Positions 59,742 to 64,000 of a stretch of 64,000 nucleotides of DNA are shown here, piece by piece (position 1 is the first letter of the stretch; the number at the start of each line of letters is the position of its first letter). Below the pieces are notes generated by a model. It searched no databases, was not told the origin of the DNA, and worked only from the letters and a program-made list of their open reading frames with translations. The position numbers and the translations under genes were made by a program. Origin of the DNA: Thermoproteota archaeon (GTDB lineage: Archaea > Thermoproteota > Thermoprotei > Thermofilales > B9-G17); the NCBI GenBank assembly GCA_029258885.1, contig JAPDJW010000002.1, forward strand, positions 480,001 through 544,000, read 5' to 3'.

Positions 59742-60689
59742 TCACCCCAACTTCTCTAAAGCCTCAACCTCATCAAAATCCCTCCTAAGCTCAGGAAACT
59801 CCTCGAAGGCGATATCGGCAAGCTTACGAGCGAAACCAATAGCATCCCTAACAACTAACATATCTCCCTCCTTAACATAGGATACGTTAAGCCCCTTCAA
59901 AGCATCCTCACAGTAATCCCTAAACCTGAACTCAACAGGAGTGAGAAGTAATCTACCGAGTTTAAGTTTTTTCGAATTAATTTTTCTTTCTCTATACTTA
60001 CTTCTCCCAATTAACACAACCTTATTCTCATGTAGTCTTAGACCAATTATTATAAGTCCTAATTCTTCCGCTTTTAAACCTATAAAAGTTATCTCACCAT
60101 TAAATATAGTTCCCGGCGCTATTGCGAATATTTTCTCACTATAATCCAAGATTAATTTTCTCAATTTTTCCTTTTCTGCTATTAAATTACCAAAGAATAC
60201 TCTTGAGGAAAGATTAAGATGACCAAAAAGGTCTTCATCTACGGAATATTTTTTCTTTTCCTCTTTTTTCCTCGCTTTCTTTATTTTTCTTTTTTCTCTT
60301 TCTCTTTTTTCCCATGTAGCAGGAGACCATAAAGCAAAATGCCTCCATCCTGGTGCACCCTTAGGTATAGGTTCATCTGGCGGATCTTCGGATGGATCTA
60401 AGGTGAACCTAATTTTATTTTTTGAAACTGCTAAAAGCTGTATTCTTGATCTACACAAACCTTTTAATGTTGATCCAGGTATAACCACCTTATTATACCT
60501 TACTTGTTCTTTAAATCCCAAGTAATATCTTCCAGAGCCGATATGAATATATGATTCAGCTTTTCCTTTAATTATCATAATGCCCGTTAGAAGCTGTCTA
60601 GGTTTAACACGCTCAGGGTCTAAATTCCTAGGAGTATACTCCTTTTCTTCGATTATAACTTCATACTTTCTGTAATTTTTTTGATACAT
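59742..60689 (-). CDS. cas7: Type III CRISPR RAMP, divergent Cas7-like
   Basis: YIHIGSG, IPGSTLKG..R, DLFG..SRVFF, interrupted G-loop IGRSKY...LG. Confidence 0.8.
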   Translation of the reverse strand: MYQKNYRKYEVIIEEKEYTPRNLDPERVKPRQLLTGIMIIKGKAESYIHIGSGRYYLGFKEQVRYNKVVIPGSTLKGLCRSRIQLLAVSKNKIRFTLDPSEDPPDEPIPKGAPGWRHFALWSPATWEKREREKRKIKKARKKEEKKKYSVDEDLFGHLNLSSRVFFGNLIAEKEKLRKLILDYSEKIFAIAPGTIFNGEITFIGLKAEELGLIIIGLRLHENKVVLIGRSKYRERKINSKKLKLGRLLLTPVEFRFRDYCEDALKGLNVSYVKEGDMLVVRDAIGFARKLADIAFEEFPELRRDFDEVEALEKLG

Positions 60690-61536
60690 TTCTCCAAACC
60701 CTCCTAAATTCTTCGATTAATTTCCAGCTATCTGAGGTATATTTAATATCTTCATCGTAAGGATCTAAAGCTTTTATTATTTCTTTAGATTTTGTTTCAG
60801 GATTGTAAATATCAATATTAATTTTTTCAAATTTTACTCTTCCAAATCCTCTACTTTTTAATCCTCCTATTTTCACTATTCCATGATGGATTTCCATTAA
60901 TACCTCAGCTAAAAGCCCTACTGCATAATTAGGTAGATTAAAGGCAATGAACTTAAAGTTAAATAACGTTCCTGGTTCTACGTATTCAACAGAGTAGAGT
61001 GCACGCTTATACGCAGCACCTGTACGTCTATTGATTGCTACCATCGTTCTATAACCTAGCTTATAAGTATTTATGGGAAAACTATCCATAAATGTTACAT
61101 GGCTAAAATAGCCTGGTGATCCAAATATTCTACATAGCAAACATAACTGAATTTTGTTAGAAATTATACTCTCTATCTTAGCTCTAATAGATGAAATAAA
61201 ATCTAAATTTTCATTTTTTTCTATTTCTTCAAATTCCTTTCCTTTTAAGCATGTTTCTCTAGGTAGACCCGAGCAGGCATATAAGTTATTGATCATCATT
61301 ATCCTATTAGCAGTAGCTCTAAATACTCCCTTCCAAGATGAGCCAGGAATTACTATTGTTTCTCCTTTATCAGTTCTATATTTAAGTACTAGTGAATAAG
61401 TAGTTTCTCTAATTCTACGTGTTCTTCCTGAACCAATGATTAAAGGTTCTATATTCTTAACTTCCCCACTGACAGTTATTCGTCTAAGTATTTTATGATT
61501 GCCGAGCCATTCCCATTTTTTCCAGTCATCCATCAT
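60661..61536 (-). CDS. cas7: Type III CRISPR RAMP, Cas7/Csm3-like
   Basis: PLIIGSG, IPGSSWKG..R, C.LCRIFG, GGLKSRGFG. Confidence 0.92.
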   Translation of the reverse strand: MMDDWKKWEWLGNHKILRRITVSGEVKNIEPLIIGSGRTRRIRETTYSLVLKYRTDKGETIVIPGSSWKGVFRATANRIMMINNLYACSGLPRETCLKGKEFEEIEKNENLDFISSIRAKIESIISNKIQLCLLCRIFGSPGYFSHVTFMDSFPINTYKLGYRTMVAINRRTGAAYKRALYSVEYVEPGTLFNFKFIAFNLPNYAVGLLAEVLMEIHHGIVKIGGLKSRGFGRVKFEKINIDIYNPETKSKEIIKALDPYDEDIKYTSDSWKLIEEFRRVWRNVSKKLQKV

Positions 61537-62293
61537 TAGACCACTCCTCAACAAGTTTTTTCAATATATATTCGCTTTGCTTAGTGATCTTAAGGTTTTT
61601 AATGGTATACTTTATTACTCTAGTTTCATCAGGCAAAAGCTTTACTAAGCCGTAGCCTATGCTTCTATTACCTCCTATAAACATACCGTATTTTGATAAA
61701 GTTAAAAATACTTGCCTTATAAGTTCTACTTTAGAGTAATATTCTTCATCATTTAGTCCAGGCGGTTTATTTTTATCAATCATGTCTAGGTTATATATTT
61801 TAACCTTAAATTCCCATCTAGAATTGGGTTCAACATACTCAGTTCTAAATAATGCGCCACTCCTAGCTCCTCCTCTAAATCTGTCGATTCCTACTCTTGT
61901 AATGTATCCTATCTTAAAATCTTTAGGAAGTGCATCAAAGAATATGATGTGGCTTGCTAATCTGTTCTTTCTTGCACCTCCTCCACCGAATATTTGGCAT
62001 ATAATGCATGGCCCATTTTTCTCTTCCCATTCTTTATCTTTTTTTGAGAAAGGATCGCAAACCTTATATCCCGATGTTCTGGCAATTTTCTCAGCGAAAC
62101 TTCTAAGAGCTCCCTTTAGGCTTGAACCTGGTATTATAGGTTTTCCGTTCACCTTTATAATTAATTGATCTACTCTTTTCTCCGATTCTTTACCAGTTCC
62201 TATTCTCAATGGTGTTTCATTTACTAAAACTCCATGTATTTCTATTAGTGAGTATATTCTATCAAAGTCTGCTCCGGAGACTATACTAATCAC
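61526..62293 (-). CDS. cas7: Type III CRISPR RAMP, Cas7/Csm3 with putative catalytic Asp
   Basis: TPLRIGTG...VDQLII, IPGSSLKG.LR, CIICQIFG, GGNRSIGYG. Confidence 0.92.
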   Translation of the reverse strand: MISIVSGADFDRIYSLIEIHGVLVNETPLRIGTGKESEKRVDQLIIKVNGKPIIPGSSLKGALRSFAEKIARTSGYKVCDPFSKKDKEWEEKNGPCIICQIFGGGGARKNRLASHIIFFDALPKDFKIGYITRVGIDRFRGGARSGALFRTEYVEPNSRWEFKVKIYNLDMIDKNKPPGLNDEEYYSKVELIRQVFLTLSKYGMFIGGNRSIGYGLVKLLPDETRVIKYTIKNLKITKQSEYILKKLVEEWSNDG

Positions 62294-62682
62294 CTCCTTT
62301 CTAAAATAGCCTTTATAAATTTATCATAGTTAATACTCTTGCAGTTAAGATCGCTTAGATCTATACCTTCTGATGCCTCATATAATAATTTAAGTATATC
62401 TAAAAACTTTCTAATTTCTTCTTTAATGGTCTTTGTATCGGGGAGATTCGATACAAAATATATTATTATCTTACCTACATTTTTTCCTATTATATCTCTA
62501 GAAATTTGTCTTAGAATATAGGCAGAAATATACTGCTTAACTTCATTTGCTGAGACGGTATCGACTTGATTCATCAACTTATCTATTTGGTTTTTTTCTA
62601 ATTTATCCCCTTTATGCACTAAACATATAACCTTAGCGGCCACATCAAAATAGTCATCAAAATAGTTAATATTTACTCCCAT
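62290..62682 (-). CDS. cas11: Type III small subunit (Cas11/Csm2-like)
   Basis: About 130-aa helical protein, first in the operon; YILRQISR resembles the small-subunit motif; GGTGA RBS before ATG 62682. Confidence 0.65.
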   Translation of the reverse strand: MGVNINYFDDYFDVAAKVICLVHKGDKLEKNQIDKLMNQVDTVSANEVKQYISAYILRQISRDIIGKNVGKIIIYFVSNLPDTKTIKEEIRKFLDILKLLYEASEGIDLSDLNCKSINYDKFIKAILERR

Positions 62683-62812
62683 AGATTGTTTCACCTGTTG
62701 ATATTAATAACACTTTATTATGATACTTTCCTCTAATTAAATCTTTTCAAAGTTATTAACAAAATTAGACATAGATCATAATACGCATGTTGAATGTATT
62801 AGATATTTTAAT

Positions 62813-62830
62813 CAAATATTCGAGTATTTG
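62813..62830. promoter_or_regulatory. Near-perfect 18-bp palindrome, candidate operator
   Basis: CAAATATTCGAGTATTTG matches its reverse complement at 16/18 positions; it lies between the divergent cas operon and the HTH-CARF gene. Confidence 0.45.
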
Positions 62831-62917
62831 CTGGAACTATTGGTAATACATTATATTATCAATTAAAGATCATTGGGCGACAGTAAGCTTAATAGATAAA
62901 TATAAATTTATAGAAAT

Positions 62918-63586
62918 ATGATCAAAATTCCGAACTATAATTTGCTAAAAAACGAACATTTAAGAAAAATAGTTTTAATTGTGGCTAAAAAGTTAATATG
63001 TTCATTCAGGGATTTACTTTTAGAAAGTGGTATGTCTCCTTCTACACTACAGTATAGATTAGCTAAATTAGTCAAAGGGAATATATTAAGAAAATCTTCA
63101 CGTGGATACTATACACTAGCATATAGAACACCTTTAGCTTTTCTTTCCGATAGAGCGCCAATAGCATATGTAGGTTTATTAGGCTTAAAGGAAGGACATG
63201 AAGAGCCAGAATGGTTAGTGGCTTCAAATCTTTTAAAGAGGGAAGGTTTCTTGTTGAAGAAAATAGTAGTGATAGCCTCACCTAAAACGATTTCATCATG
63301 GAATAATAACTTCATGTCGAATGTTGATTGGAAACTATTTAAGTCGGATGAATTATTTGATCCTTCTAGCTGTAGCAAGGTATTAGAACCAATAATAGCA
63401 GAGTTAATCAAGGAATATGCCTTAATAGCAGATATAACAGCTGGACCGAGGCCAGCAGGGATAGTGTTGCATAAAATTGCTTCAAGATACTATGTACCTC
63501 AAATATATGTGAGGGAGGATACTAAAAAGCTATATTGGATAGTAAGCCTTGAGGAGATACTGAGAAATATGGGCATTATGAGCTAG
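62918..63586 (+). CDS. wHTH-CARF fusion (N-terminal winged helix, C-terminal CARF-like Rossmann)
   Basis: N-terminal SFRDL...GMSPSTLQYRLAKLV.GNIL...RGYY. C-terminal AYVGLLG, KKIVVIAS and IADITAGPRPA (cf. CARF 'DITGGRK.M'). Confidence 0.75.
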   Translation: MIKIPNYNLLKNEHLRKIVLIVAKKLICSFRDLLLESGMSPSTLQYRLAKLVKGNILRKSSRGYYTLAYRTPLAFLSDRAPIAYVGLLGLKEGHEEPEWLVASNLLKREGFLLKKIVVIASPKTISSWNNNFMSNVDWKLFKSDELFDPSSCSKVLEPIIAELIKEYALIADITAGPRPAGIVLHKIASRYYVPQIYVREDTKKLYWIVSLEEILRNMGIMS

Positions 63587-63617
63587 CTTATTCAATATAG
63601 TTATATAAGTTTATGAA

Positions 63618-64000
63618 ATGAATTCTAGGGGATACATGAAAACTTTAACTAGGAGGCTAAATGATGCAAGAAGAAAAATTCGTGAAGAGATAGAGAGATT
63701 AGCTAAGAAGATAGGTGATACGTGCATAATAGTCGCCTTGCTAGGAGCTGGAGGAAGAGGTATAGAGGAAAGGAGACGGATAAAGCTACACCTTGAGAAG
63801 ATGAATATAATAACCCTAATACCTGAGGATGATATTCCAGAAGAATTGTCTCCAAGTCTCTTAGAGGAGGCCATTTTAACGAAGTCTGATATCGACTTAA
63901 TATTTGTTAATGTAGAATCATGGGGTACGGCAACTGAATTTGCCCAGTTTCACGATAAGCATGAGATAGCATATAAGCTTAGGGTGCTTGTTCCTGCCGA
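63618..64000 (+). CDS. Nucleoside-deoxyribosyltransferase-like (retron Eco1/St85-effector-like) N-glycosidase, truncated by window end
   Basis: Not in the ORF track. Manual translation: ...IIVALLGAGG...RRRIKLHLEK...LIPEDD...LLEEAIL...DLIFVNVESWGTATEFAQF...IAYKLRVLVP. Start is 63618 or 63636. Confidence 0.65.
   Translation, partial: MNSRGYMKTLTRRLNDARRKIREEIERLAKKIGDTCIIVALLGAGGRGIEERRRIKLHLEKMNIITLIPEDDIPEELSPSLLEEAILTKSDIDLIFVNVESWGTATEFAQFHDKHEIAYKLRVLVPA

Noticed and set aside
63611-63874. Minus-strand 87-aa track ORF
   Set aside because: It is the shadow of the plus-strand NDT-like ORF that runs off the window.
1-64000. tRNA/rRNA genes, intact transposases, integrases
   Set aside because: No cloverleaf/T-loop signatures, rRNA-like stretches or transposase/integrase motifs were recognised.

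Overview
A 64-kb chromosomal window from a (hyper)thermophilic archaeon, probably TACK/Thermoproteota-like. This is inferred from the single-OB-fold SSB, archaeal AsnA, RtcB, tungsten AOR with WtpABC, TATA-like promoters and GGTGA/GGAGG RBSs. Positions 1-53 kb hold mostly metabolic and surface genes. These include a debranching-type glucosidase, an unclassified glycoside hydrolase, tmk, rtcB, aor with ferredoxin, ssb, two Gfo/Idh/MocA enzymes, hypD and wtpABC. They also include a 1672-aa gingipain-like C25 protease with a coupled membrane-anchored partner, a GH114-like protein, ABC exporters, an AEP primase paralog, GNATs, radical SAMs, vapBC, asnA/lrp and a frameshifted pilin-like gene, with several decayed gene fragments in between. 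Positions 53.9-62.7 kb carry a 9-gene type III (III-D/Sulfolobus Csm-like) CRISPR effector operon whose Cas10 has intact HD and GGDD motifs. Divergent from it lie a wHTH-CARF gene and a truncated ORF, missing from the ORF track, that resembles the N-glycosidase (NDT-like) effector of retron Eco1/Ec86. This CARF plus N-glycosidase pair, with a palindrome in the shared intergenic region, is the best candidate for an undescribed system. No CRISPR array, cas1/2/6, csx1/csm6, tRNA or rRNA was seen. All family calls are by-eye motif recognition; no database searches were run.
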